A stretch of DNA of 64,000 bases from an uncultured Actinomycetota bacterium (GCA_963784645.1 CAWARY010000005.1:178656-242655), one strand, 5' to 3'; positions 29,243 through 38,262 are shown, counted from the stretch's first letter. The notes: generated by a model not told the origin, from the letters alone. Made by a program: numbers and translations.

Positions 29243-30448
29243 ATGGTGCCGAGGGTCCTGACCAACAGGCCACCCTTCTGGCCGAGGTTCACCAGCCCGG
29301 TCCGGTCGACGGCGGTGACCGCCCGGCTCGGCCGGGTGCTCGGGATCATGTTCGGGATCTGCTTCGTCACCGGCCTGGCCAGCCACTACCAGTACCACCC
29401 GTGGAGCTGGCTGCCCGAGCCGGCGAGCCCGGTGTGGCTCTACCGGGTGACGCAGGGAACTCACGTCGTGACCGGGATCGCGTGCATCCCGCTGCTCCTC
29501 GTGAAGCTCTGGTCGGTCTATCCGAACCTGTTCCGCTGGCCGGCCGTGCGGTCGGCCGCACAGGCGATCGAACGACTCTCGGTCTTCGTGCTCGTCTCGT
29601 CGTCGCTGCTCCAGCTGTTCACCGGGTTCTTCAACATCCTCGGCTGGTACCCGTGGCCGTGGCACTTCGTCCGGGTGCACCACTACCTGGCGTACGTGGT
29701 GATCGGCTCGATCCTGCTGCACATCGCCGTGAAGCTCCCCGACATCGCCTACGGTCTCCGCACCCGCGTCGCCGACGGCGACGTCCTCACGGAGACACCG
29801 TGGAGCGAGAACCCGGACTCGCACAGCAACGCCGGCGCCGACGTGCTGCCGCCGCCACCGGAGGCCATCAGCCGCCGCGACCTCCTGCTGGTCACCGGCG
29901 CCGGTGTGGGCCTGGTGGTCGTCACCACCGCGGGACAGACACTGACACCGCTGCGTCCCCTGGGACTGCTCGCGGCCCGGGACCCGGGCAAGGGCACGCA
30001 GGGGCTGCCGGTCAACCGCACCGCGCTGCAGGCCGGCGTGGTCCAGACCGCCCGGGACCCCGACTGGACCCTCGAGGTCCAGGGCGACCGGCCCTACCGG
30101 ATCGACCTGGCCGAGCTCGAGTCGCTCGTCGACCACGAGGCCAGCCTGCCCATCTCCTGCGTCGAGGGCTGGAGCGCCGCTGCACACTGGCGCGGTGTGC
30201 GGCTGCTCGACCTCGTGCTCCGGGCCGGCGGGAGCTCCGCGTCGCGGGTCCGCCTCCTGTCGTTGCAGACCCGCGGCGCCTTCGGGAGCAGCGCCATCGA
30301 GGGGCCGCAGGTGGCACACGCCCTGCTGGCGACGCATCTCAACGGGCAGCGGATCGACATCGACCACGGCTACCCGCTGCGGCTGATCGCGCCCAACCGG
30401 GCCGGGGTGCTCAACACGAAGTGGCTGACGAAGATCGTGGTGAGCTGA
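29243..30448 (+). CDS. Molybdopterin-dependent oxidoreductase (sulfite-oxidase / MsrP-like catalytic domain) with an N-terminal 4-TM domain
   Basis: About 400 aa. An N-terminal membrane domain with conserved His is followed by a C-terminal Moco-binding domain (...SCVEGWSAAAHWRGVRL...). Confidence 0.7.
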   Translation: MVPRVLTNRPPFWPRFTSPVRSTAVTARLGRVLGIMFGICFVTGLASHYQYHPWSWLPEPASPVWLYRVTQGTHVVTGIACIPLLLVKLWSVYPNLFRWPAVRSAAQAIERLSVFVLVSSSLLQLFTGFFNILGWYPWPWHFVRVHHYLAYVVIGSILLHIAVKLPDIAYGLRTRVADGDVLTETPWSENPDSHSNAGADVLPPPPEAISRRDLLLVTGAGVGLVVVTTAGQTLTPLRPLGLLAARDPGKGTQGLPVNRTALQAGVVQTARDPDWTLEVQGDRPYRIDLAELESLVDHEASLPISCVEGWSAAAHWRGVRLLDLVLRAGGSSASRVRLLSLQTRGAFGSSAIEGPQVAHALLATHLNGQRIDIDHGYPLRLIAPNRAGVLNTKWLTKIVVS

Positions 30449-30449
30449 C

Positions 30450-30893
30450 GTGCGACGGTGGCGCCGCGTGCTGGGCGGCGCGGGCGTCCTGCTGCTCGGG
30501 TACGGCGGTCTGCAGCTGGTGACCGGCAACTCGACGGCCGACCTGCTGTCCATCGCGCTCTGGCTGGTTGCCGCGGTGGCGATCCACGACGGGCTGGTCT
30601 CGCCCACCGTCCTCGGGGCCGGCGCGATCTTGCGCCGCGTGCCTGCCGGGCCGCGCCGGTTCGCCCAGGCCGGGCTGGTCGTGGGGGCGATGCTCGTCGT
30701 GATCGCCGTCCCGCTGATCCACCGCGAGGGCACCCAGCCGGAGAGCAAGGCGCTGCTGCTGCGCGACTACGGCGCGAACCTCGCCGTGCTGCTGGCGTTG
30801 GTCGCGGTGGTCAGCGTGGTCGCCTACGTCGTGCACGTCGTCCGCGCGCGCGGCGATCGCCGCGGCACGGTGTCCGACCCGACCCGGGGCTAG
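30450..30893 (+). CDS. Small integral membrane protein (4 TM)
   Basis: 147 aa, hydrophobic. Its GTG start lies 2 nt after the preceding stop. Confidence 0.45.
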   Translation: MRRWRRVLGGAGVLLLGYGGLQLVTGNSTADLLSIALWLVAAVAIHDGLVSPTVLGAGAILRRVPAGPRRFAQAGLVVGAMLVVIAVPLIHREGTQPESKALLLRDYGANLAVLLALVAVVSVVAYVVHVVRARGDRRGTVSDPTRG

Positions 30894-30986
30894 CGTCCGC
30901 AGTACCTCCGGTGCGTGGGTCCCGCGCCTGCTGGCCGCAGACGTCGGGGATCTCCCGGCTCCGTGGCCGGGGTAGCGTCGCTCGGC

Positions 30987-31772
30987 ATGACCGTCGCGCT
31001 GCACGTCCGGGAGGCCGGCTCCGGCCGCCCCGTCGTCCTGCTGCACGCCTTCCCGCTGTCCTCGGCGATGTGGCTCGACCAGCGGAACGCGCTCGGGGAC
31101 CGCTACCGCGTCATCACCCCGGACCAGCGCGGCTTCGGCGGCTCGCCGCTGGGCGACGACCCCCCGTCGCTCGACGAGGCCGCCGACGACCTGGCCGCGG
31201 TGCTCGACGGGCTGGGTCTTGACCGGGTGGTTCTCGGCGGCCTGTCGATGGGCGCCTACGCAGCGATGGCGTTCCTGCGCCGGCACCCCGGCCGGGTGAG
31301 CGCCCTGGTGCTGGCCGACACCAAGGCGGGTGCCGACGCGCCGGAGGCCGCCGCCAACCGGGAGCGCATCGCGGCCCGGCTGGAGGCCGACGGCAGCACC
31401 GACGCGCTCGTCGAGGACGTGCTGCCGGCACTCCTCGGCGCCACGACGGTGCGCGAGCGACCGCTCGCTGCGGGACGGGTGCGGGCCCTGCTGTCGTCGG
31501 CTCCGCCCGCGGCGGCCGCGTGGGCGCAGCGGGCCATGGCCGCACGCCCGGACTCCATGCCCACGCTGCGCGAGGCCGACGTCCCCGCCCTGGTGCTGCG
31601 CGGCGACGAGGACGCGCTGTCGTCGCAGGACGACGCCGAGGCCATGGTCGAGGCGCTGCCGCAGTCCCGGCTGGTCGTGTTGCCCGGAGCCGGGCACCTC
31701 ACCGCGGTCGAGGTGCCCGAGGCGTTCGGCAAGGCGGTCGGCGCGTTCCTTGACGGGCTGCCGGGGGGCTGA
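30987..31772 (+). CDS. Alpha/beta hydrolase
   Basis: Contains HAFPLSSAMW and a GLSMGAY nucleophile elbow. Confidence 0.75.
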   Translation: MTVALHVREAGSGRPVVLLHAFPLSSAMWLDQRNALGDRYRVITPDQRGFGGSPLGDDPPSLDEAADDLAAVLDGLGLDRVVLGGLSMGAYAAMAFLRRHPGRVSALVLADTKAGADAPEAAANRERIAARLEADGSTDALVEDVLPALLGATTVRERPLAAGRVRALLSSAPPAAAAWAQRAMAARPDSMPTLREADVPALVLRGDEDALSSQDDAEAMVEALPQSRLVVLPGAGHLTAVEVPEAFGKAVGAFLDGLPGG

Positions 31773-31789
31773 GTCCGCGGGTCACCGGC

Positions 31790-32548
31790 TCAGGAGTCTG
31801 ACCTCGCCTCGATCGCATCCAGGTCGCGCACGGCGTAGCGGTGGTGCTCCCACTCCTCGCCCAGGATCACGTGCAGGCACGAGAGGACGGTCTCCGGGTA
31901 CTCGGGGGCGTGGGGGTTCCTGCGCGTCTCGGCCAGCACCTCCGGGGTGACGGAGGCGAGGAAGTCGCGCACCATCGCGACGCGACCCTCGCGGACCTCG
32001 AGCACCTCGGCATACGTCGGCGTCTCCGTGGCGAAGACCGACATGTCGCGGCCGTCGGCCTCGAAGCTGGCGTCCGGCTGGCCGATGGGGTGGAACGGCT
32101 GTTCGAGCTCCAGGACGGCCTTGCCCAGCCACATGTCCGTGGCGAGGACCAGGTGTCGCAACGTCTGCGCGAACGACCACTCGCCCCCCACCGAGACGTC
32201 GACCGTGCCGCCCGGCAACGCCGAGACCCGCTCGAGCGTGACCGCCCAGGTGCGCTCGAGCGCGGCCCAGGCGGCGCGCAGGCCGTCCGGGGCCCCGGCG
32301 CGGCGGTCGGCGCGGCCGGGGAAGCGGCGGTTGAGCTCGGCCTCGACGAGGGGGATCACGTCGACGCCGTTGACGCGCAGGAATCCCTCGCCGTCGAAGA
32401 GCCACGGCGCGTCGATGTCCGCCCCCAGCACGTCGACCGCACGCATCTGCACGCCGGACAGGTCTGCTCTGACGAACCGGGCGCCACGCAGGTCGGCGTC
32501 GACGAACTCCGCCCCCTGCAGGTCGTCGGAGCGGGTGAACGTTGCCAT
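31790..32548 (-). CDS. Pentapeptide-repeat plus DinB_2/DUF664-domain protein
   Basis: The N-terminus carries pentapeptide repeats (ADLRGARFVRADLSGVQMRAVDVLGADI). A strong AAGGAG ribosome-binding site precedes the ATG. Confidence 0.65.
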   Translation of the reverse strand: MATFTRSDDLQGAEFVDADLRGARFVRADLSGVQMRAVDVLGADIDAPWLFDGEGFLRVNGVDVIPLVEAELNRRFPGRADRRAGAPDGLRAAWAALERTWAVTLERVSALPGGTVDVSVGGEWSFAQTLRHLVLATDMWLGKAVLELEQPFHPIGQPDASFEADGRDMSVFATETPTYAEVLEVREGRVAMVRDFLASVTPEVLAETRRNPHAPEYPETVLSCLHVILGEEWEHHRYAVRDLDAIEARSDS

Positions 32549-32643
32549 GACTTCTCCTTGTCGAGCGCCGGTCGCCGCTGGCGCACGCTAGCCGTTGGTC
32601 GCGAGCCAGACGTGGATGTCGCCTCGCCCGTCGCATTTCCAGA

Positions 32644-32688
32644 GGAGATCTGTTGGAGAAACTGCTACCGATCCCCTGTGGATCACGG
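32644..32688. repeat. Family-1 palindromic element, truncated copy (lacks the left TGATCCACAG terminus)
   Basis: GGAGATCTGTTGG-AGAAACTGCTA-CCGATCCCCTGTGGATCACGG. It abuts the 80-bp repeat A. Confidence 0.5.
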
Positions 32689-32700
32689 GATGGACGGTCA

Positions 32701-32780
32701 GGGCGGGATCGCCGGGAAACCGTTGTGGACAAAGGGTTTCCACGGGTACGCGTGTGCGCTAGGCTTCGAACATACGTTCG
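32701..32780. repeat. 80-bp direct repeat, copy A (78/80 identical to copy B at 33461-33540)
   Basis: GGGCGGGATCGCCGGGAAACCGTTGTGGACAAAGGGTTTCCACGGGTACG... Similarity to copy B extends back to 32658 (AACTGCT). Confidence 0.7.
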
Positions 32781-32923
32781 CGAGCCTGACTGGGATATTC
32801 GCAACGATCCGGCGCGCGCCCTCCGACGGGCCGTCGATGCCGGGCCGGGCCGGGTGGTCATCGGGTGTGCACTCGTCGTGTGCCAGCTCCCGACGACGCG
32901 CGCCTGGGTAGCGCTCACACGTT

Positions 32924-33308
32924 GATCGTGAAGCCGAGCTCGTAGTCGCTGGCGGCCTCGCCGCCGGCGCCCCAGTTCTCCACAGCACTCTCCCTGAGCA
33001 GAATCGGACACGCCGTCACGCGGGATCCCCATCCCCTCAAGTCGCTGAACGATCTCGCGGTACAGATCGCGCTTTGCCTTGATGGTTCGGCCGGAGAAGC
33101 AGTCGATTGTGACGCGGGTATATGCGTCAGCCGCTCCGTCCTCGAGCCCGCTCACCATGCGGTGCGGCTCGAAGACGGCAAGTCGGATGTAGCGATCCTC
33201 TTCGGGGATCTTGAACGCGGCTACGAGGCTTTCGTGCACCGCGTTGATGATGGCGACTTCTTGCTCCGGCGTGTAGTGCCTGCGAACTTCGATCAGGGTG
33301 CTGGGCAT
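32924..33308 (-). pseudogene. Tautomerase-family (4-OT-like, Pro-1) gene interrupted by a +1 frameshift; low-GC codon usage
   Basis: The N-terminal 99 codons read MPSTLIEVRRHYTPEQEVAIINAVHESL...GIPRDGV. The conserved C-terminus ILLRESAVENWGAGGEAASDYELGFTINV* is in the +1 frame. The span is 385 nt (3n+1). Confidence 0.6.
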
Positions 33309-33460
33309 GTACCAGAGATATCAGGCCCGCACGTCCGTCGATCGGGCAACAGGCGTTCACGACGCGCTTGGCGTGTCTGTCATTTCGGGACCAGGGAAGA
33401 GGCATTGATTCGACGGGTTGTCCGCGATGAGCGCAGTCGCTAACTGCTGCACTCCCGGGC

Positions 33461-33540
33461 GGGCGGGATCGCCGGGAAACCGTTGTGGACAAAGGGTTTC
33501 CACGGGTACGGGTGTGCGCTAGACTTCGAACATACGTTCG
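33461..33540. repeat. 80-bp direct repeat, copy B, forming the leader/promoter region of the DUF222/HNH gene
   Basis: It ends 49 bp upstream of the HNH gene ATG. Confidence 0.7.
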
Positions 33541-33588
33541 AGCGGTCGGAGGTGGGGTGCGTGGAGGCGTCGCTCGCGCCGATGCTCG

Positions 33589-35055
33589 ATGCTGTCGCCG
33601 GACCCTGCCGACCTGCTGGACCCGGTGCTGGCGCCCGATCCGCTGCCCGACGGATGGCTGGACGGGTGCGCCGACCAGGCGCCGGACTTCTTCGTGCCGA
33701 TCGACTCGGTCGCCTGGGACGCGGACGGCGAGGGTGCCGAGGTGGATGGCTGGCCGCCGAGCGACCTGCTGAGCGACCTCGACGACGTGCCTCCGGGTCC
33801 GCTGCTGGCGAGCCTGCTGGCCGCGACCGACCTGGCGGGCTGCTCGGACTCGGACCTGGCGGGTGCGGTGCGTGCCGCGTACCGGTTGCAGTCGTGGGCG
33901 GCGGCGCTGGAGGTCGAGGCGACGAACGTGCTGGTGGACCGGTGCGCGTCCTGGCGCGGGGTGGCGCCTGCCGGGGAGCAGGTGGCGGGGGAGTCGGTGT
34001 CGGCGGAGCTGATGGCCGCGGTCGAGATCGGCTGCGCGCTGGACCTGGCCCCGCAGACCGCCCGCGCCAAGGTGGTGCTGGCCCGGGACCTGGCCCGGCT
34101 GCCCGCGACGCGGCTGGGCCTGGCCGCGGGGGTCCTCGACCTGGCGAAGGCGCGGCTGCTGGTCGACGAGCTGCGGCCCCTGGACGACGAGCTGGCCGCC
34201 GAGGTGGAGGCCCGGATCGTGCCCGGCGCCGCGGGCCGGACCCGGGCGCAGCTGCAGAGCCGGCTGCGGCGGGCGGTGCTCGCGGTCGACCCCGCGGCGG
34301 CGCTGGCCCGGCAGGAGAAAGCCATAGCCGACCGGCGGGTGGAGGTGTTCCCGCTCAGCGACGGGATGGCCGGGCTGACCTACACCGACACCGCGCAGAA
34401 GGTGCACGCCCTGTACCTGTGGCTGACCGGCCGCGCGCACGCCGCGCGAGGCCCGGCCGGGACCGACGACCGTACGATCGACCAGGTCCGGGCTGACGTG
34501 CTCGGTGACCTCGGGGAGCAGGGGCTGGCGTGCGGGGACCTGCCGGTGCGGCACGGGCGGCGCCCGCAGATCCAGGTCGTCGTGGGGGTCGGGACGCTGC
34601 TCGGGCTGGACGAGCTGCCCGGTGAGCTGGTCGGGTACGGGCCGGTCACCGCCGACACCGCCCGTCGGATCGCCGCCGACGGCACGTGGCGGCGGCTGCT
34701 GAGCGACCCGCGGACCGGCCGGTTCGACGAGCTGTCGGTCGAGAGCTACCAGCCCCCGCAGGACCTGGCCGACCACGTGATCACCCGGGACCGGACCTGC
34801 CGCACCCCCGGCTGCCGCACGGCGGCGCACCGCTGCGACCTGGACCACCGGGTGCCGCACCCGCGGGGCCCGACCTCGGCGGGCAACCTCGACGCGGCCT
34901 GCCGCAGCCACCACACCGTGAAGACCCACACCGACACCACCGTCGAGAGCGACGGTCACGGCGGGCTCCGGTTCACCCTGCCCTCCGGACGCACCTACCG
35001 GCGACCCGCCGACCCCGTCCAGGACGACCTGTTCAGCGACATCCCCCCGTACTGA
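33589..35055 (+). CDS. DUF222 plus HNH endonuclease domain protein (13E12-repeat family)
   Basis: 488 aa. The C-terminal HNH motif is ...TCRTPGCRTAAHRCDLDHRVPHPRGPTSAGNLDAACRSHHTVKTH. Confidence 0.85.
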   Translation: MLSPDPADLLDPVLAPDPLPDGWLDGCADQAPDFFVPIDSVAWDADGEGAEVDGWPPSDLLSDLDDVPPGPLLASLLAATDLAGCSDSDLAGAVRAAYRLQSWAAALEVEATNVLVDRCASWRGVAPAGEQVAGESVSAELMAAVEIGCALDLAPQTARAKVVLARDLARLPATRLGLAAGVLDLAKARLLVDELRPLDDELAAEVEARIVPGAAGRTRAQLQSRLRRAVLAVDPAAALARQEKAIADRRVEVFPLSDGMAGLTYTDTAQKVHALYLWLTGRAHAARGPAGTDDRTIDQVRADVLGDLGEQGLACGDLPVRHGRRPQIQVVVGVGTLLGLDELPGELVGYGPVTADTARRIAADGTWRRLLSDPRTGRFDELSVESYQPPQDLADHVITRDRTCRTPGCRTAAHRCDLDHRVPHPRGPTSAGNLDAACRSHHTVKTHTDTTVESDGHGGLRFTLPSGRTYRRPADPVQDDLFSDIPPY

Positions 35056-35176
35056 GAACGGGCCCGACGGCGCGACATCAGTGCCGGCAGCCGGACCGCC
35101 GTCACGACTGGTCGACGCCGCTGTCGGTCGCCCGACCTACGGTGGGGTGCAGGCACTCGCGGCGACGGAGGACCCC

Positions 35177-35734
35177 ATGACCACTCTCACCGGTCGGCCG
35201 AGGACCGCGCTGCTCGTCATCGACGTGCAGAACGGCGTCGTGGGCGAGGCGCACGAGCGTGACCGGGTCGTCGGCAACATCGTCGTCCTCGTCGACAAGG
35301 CCCGGGCGGAACAGGTACCCGTGGTCTGGGTGGCGCACTCCGACGAGGACGGGATGCCGCGGGGGTCGCAGGCCTGGCAGTACGTCGACGAGCTCCGCCG
35401 CGACGGATCGGAGCCGCTGGTGCACAAGACCTACGGCGACTCGTTCGAGGACACCGACCTCGAGTCGGTGCTCGCCGGCCTCGAGGTCGGCCGGCTGGTC
35501 GTCACCGGTGCGCAGACCGACGAGTGCATCCGGTCCACCCTGCACGGGGCGATCACGCGGGGCTACGACGCGACCCTGGTGGCTGACGCGCACACCACCG
35601 AGGACCTCAGTGAGTGGGGTGCGCCGCCGCCGGACCAGGTCATCTCGCACACCAACATGTACTGGTCCGGCCACCGCGCCCCTGGCCGCACGGCCGGCAC
35701 GGTCGACACCGCCGACGTGGACTTCACCGCCTGA
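35177..35734 (+). CDS. Isochorismatase-family hydrolase
   Basis: TALLVIDVQNGVV...GAQTDECIRSTL with a catalytic Cys. Confidence 0.8.
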   Translation: MTTLTGRPRTALLVIDVQNGVVGEAHERDRVVGNIVVLVDKARAEQVPVVWVAHSDEDGMPRGSQAWQYVDELRRDGSEPLVHKTYGDSFEDTDLESVLAGLEVGRLVVTGAQTDECIRSTLHGAITRGYDATLVADAHTTEDLSEWGAPPPDQVISHTNMYWSGHRAPGRTAGTVDTADVDFTA

Positions 35735-35809
35735 GGGCGACGGCGCCAGCAGGACCGCTCTCCACCGCTGCCGCCGCTCAGGTGACTCCGGGTAGCGCGA
35801 GGGCTGGGA

Positions 35810-37087
35810 TCAGGTGCGGTCCATGCGCGGGATCGCGACCTGGCGGACCACCAGCAGCAGCGCGGCCGCGATCGGGATCGCCAGCAGCGCACCGACCACA
35901 CCCAGCAGGGCTCCGCCGAGCAGCACGGCCACCACGGTGACCGGCGCCGGCACGTCGACGGCACGACGCATGACCCGGGGGTAGACGACGTAGTTCTCGA
36001 GCTGCTGGTACGCGACGTAGAACGCCACGCACAGCAGCCCGGTCGTCACCGACTGGGTGAAGCCGATCAGGGACACGACCGCCGCCGCGATGGTCGCGCC
36101 GACGAGCGGGACCAGGTCGAAGATCGCCACGAGCACGGCGAGCGCCAGGGCGAACGGCATCCCCACGGCGAGCAGGAAGGCGTAGGAGACCGTCCCCGCG
36201 ATGAACGCGACCGACAGGGCGCCGCTGACGAACCCGCCGATACGGTTGATGACCTCGTCGCTGAGCAGGGTCACCCGCTCGCGCCGGGTGGCCGGCACCA
36301 ACCGGTAGGCCTGACGCTTCATGCTGGGCAGAGCAGCAAGGAAGTACAGGGTCATGATGAGCAGCGAGAACGCGCTGAACAGCGTGCTGACGACGATCCG
36401 CCCGACACCCACGAGACCGCCGAACATCCGTTGTCCGAGGTCGCCGGAGGTCACGTAGTTCTGGGCCCGCTCGATGATCCCGTAGTCCTGGTCGAGCTGG
36501 CGGATCGTGGGGTTCCGGCGCAGGTCCGCGAGCAGGTCGGGCAGCTCCTTGATCAGCGCGTTGGTCTGCTCGACGACCGGCGGGACGACGGCGAAGCCGA
36601 AACCGACGAAGGCGCCGATCACGCCGACGAACACGATGGTGATGGCCATGCCGCGGCGCATGCCGCGGGACACCAGCCACTCGGTGACCGGGCTCAGGCC
36701 GATCGCGAGGAACAGCGCGACCACGATCAGGACGATGACGCTGCGGGCCTCGACGACCGCCTGCACGAGGAAGTAGGCGACGAAGACGCCGAGCGCGCCG
36801 AGGAAGCCCAGCATGAACGGCGAGTCGCGCCGGATCGGCCGACCCAACCGGCCGAAGGCCGGGTCCTCGCTGTCGGAGCGGGCCTCCAGCTCGCTCGCGT
36901 GGGCCGCCCGGGCGGACTGCCGCGCGTCGGTGTCGGCACGCACCGCCTCGTCGCGGGCGCCCTCGGCCTCGTCCCGCGCGTCCTCGGCCTCGTCGCGCGC
37001 ATCCTCCGCCTCGTCGAGGACCCGGTCCAGCGTCGTCTCGTCCACGGGGCCGGACGGGTCTCCGTCCGGCCCCCCGGCCCGTGCCAC
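35810..37087 (-). CDS. AI-2E family transporter (PerM-like permease)
   Basis: 425 aa. A low-complexity acidic N-terminus is followed by 7-8 TM helices. Confidence 0.8.
   Translation of the reverse strand: MARAGGPDGDPSGPVDETTLDRVLDEAEDARDEAEDARDEAEGARDEAVRADTDARQSARAAHASELEARSDSEDPAFGRLGRPIRRDSPFMLGFLGALGVFVAYFLVQAVVEARSVIVLIVVALFLAIGLSPVTEWLVSRGMRRGMAITIVFVGVIGAFVGFGFAVVPPVVEQTNALIKELPDLLADLRRNPTIRQLDQDYGIIERAQNYVTSGDLGQRMFGGLVGVGRIVVSTLFSAFSLLIMTLYFLAALPSMKRQAYRLVPATRRERVTLLSDEVINRIGGFVSGALSVAFIAGTVSYAFLLAVGMPFALALAVLVAIFDLVPLVGATIAAAVVSLIGFTQSVTTGLLCVAFYVAYQQLENYVVYPRVMRRAVDVPAPVTVVAVLLGGALLGVVGALLAIPIAAALLLVVRQVAIPRMDRT
36945..37020. repeat. 3.5 tandem copies of a 21-bp unit inside the AI-2E transporter CDS (encodes DEAEDAR x3)
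   Basis: gcctcgtcscgcgcrtcctcg units are visible directly. Confidence 0.6.
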
Positions 37088-37093
37088 CGAGGA

Positions 37094-38218
37094 CTAGCGC
37101 TTCGCTGCGGAGGACTTCTCCGGCGTGATCGTCGTCGTGGGTGCGGCGGTGGTGGGTTTGTCGCCGCCTCCGGTGTCCGCGCCCGCGTGGCCCGTCGCGT
37201 CGCCGGTGGCGTCCTTCGCGGCCGGCTGCTCGCCGGGTGCCGTGGAAGGCGAGGTCGCGGCCGCGTCGGTGCCGGCGACCTTGGTTGCCTTCGCACCATC
37301 GCTGGGCTGGGCCGGTCCGCTGGCCTGGGGGGTCTGGTCGGTGCCGTCGGTGCCGAGCGGGTCCGGCAGTGAGGCGCCGGTGAGCGTCGCCAGCATCTGC
37401 CGGACGTTGGTGAGCTGGGAGTTGATGCTGTCGCGGCGCTGGGTCGCGGCACTCAGCTCGCGCTCGGACTCGGTGCGGATGCGCTCAGCAGTGGCCTTCG
37501 CCTCCGCGACGATGTCGTCGGCCTGCCGGCTGGCCTCGTCGCTGGTCCGCTTGGACTTGCGGTCGGCGTCGGCACGCAGCTTCTCGGCCTCCAGCCGCAG
37601 CTGCTCGGCGCGGTTGCTCACCGCCGCGAGCTGCTGCTCGTTGGCCTTCATCTGCTCGGTGAAGTCGCGCTCCGACTGGTCGCGGCGGTGCGCGAGGGTC
37701 GTCTCGAAGTCCGCTGCGGCCTGGGCAGCCTTGGCGCGGTTGTTCTCGAACAGGGCCTCGGCCTCCTCGCGGCGAGCCTTCGCGTCGCGCTCCGAGTCGT
37801 CGCGCAGGGTGTCGGCCCGCTTCTTCGCGTCCTGCAGGACCTTCGCCGCCTCTGTGTCGGCGTCGGTCCGCCGCTCCTGGGCGTAGCGCTCGGCAGCCGT
37901 GCGGATCTTCTCCGCGTCCTGCTCGGCGAGCGTGCGGTGCTGGACCGTCTCGTCGACGGCGGCGGAGCGCAGCACCTGCGCCTCCTCCTCGGCGAGGCCG
38001 AGGATCTGCTCGATCCGCGCCCCCAGCCCGGCGAACGGTGCGCCCTTCTCGGCCGGGTCCTGCTGCGCGGGTGCCTCCTGCGCGCGCCGCTCGGCCTCGT
38101 CGGCCCGGCGGCGCTGCGTCTCGAGCTCCCGCTGCAACGCGGCGAGATGCTGGTCGACCTGAGAGGGCTCGTAGCCCCGTCGAACGACCTCGAAGGACTG
38201 GCTGGGGGTGTTGTTCAT
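37094..38218 (-). CDS. DivIVA-domain protein
   Basis: The N-terminus FEVVRRGYEPSQVDQHLAALQRELE is the DivIVA signature. A long coiled coil and a Thr/Ala/Pro-rich tail follow. Confidence 0.75.
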   Translation of the reverse strand: MNNTPSQSFEVVRRGYEPSQVDQHLAALQRELETQRRRADEAERRAQEAPAQQDPAEKGAPFAGLGARIEQILGLAEEEAQVLRSAAVDETVQHRTLAEQDAEKIRTAAERYAQERRTDADTEAAKVLQDAKKRADTLRDDSERDAKARREEAEALFENNRAKAAQAAADFETTLAHRRDQSERDFTEQMKANEQQLAAVSNRAEQLRLEAEKLRADADRKSKRTSDEASRQADDIVAEAKATAERIRTESERELSAATQRRDSINSQLTNVRQMLATLTGASLPDPLGTDGTDQTPQASGPAQPSDGAKATKVAGTDAAATSPSTAPGEQPAAKDATGDATGHAGADTGGGDKPTTAAPTTTITPEKSSAAKR

Positions 38219-38262
38219 GGATCAGGTCCTGTCGTCTACAGCAGTACGGAGCGGGGTTCGAG

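Noticed and set aside
32924-33308. Programmed ribosomal frameshift in the tautomerase gene
   Set aside because: No slippery heptamer or downstream pseudoknot is evident at the shift site. A simple indel (pseudogene or sequencing error) is more parsimonious.
33483-34496. 337-aa ORF in an alternative frame across the DUF222/HNH gene and the 80-bp repeat
   Set aside because: Out of frame with the conserved DUF222 and HNH motifs. It is Arg/Gly-rich noise.
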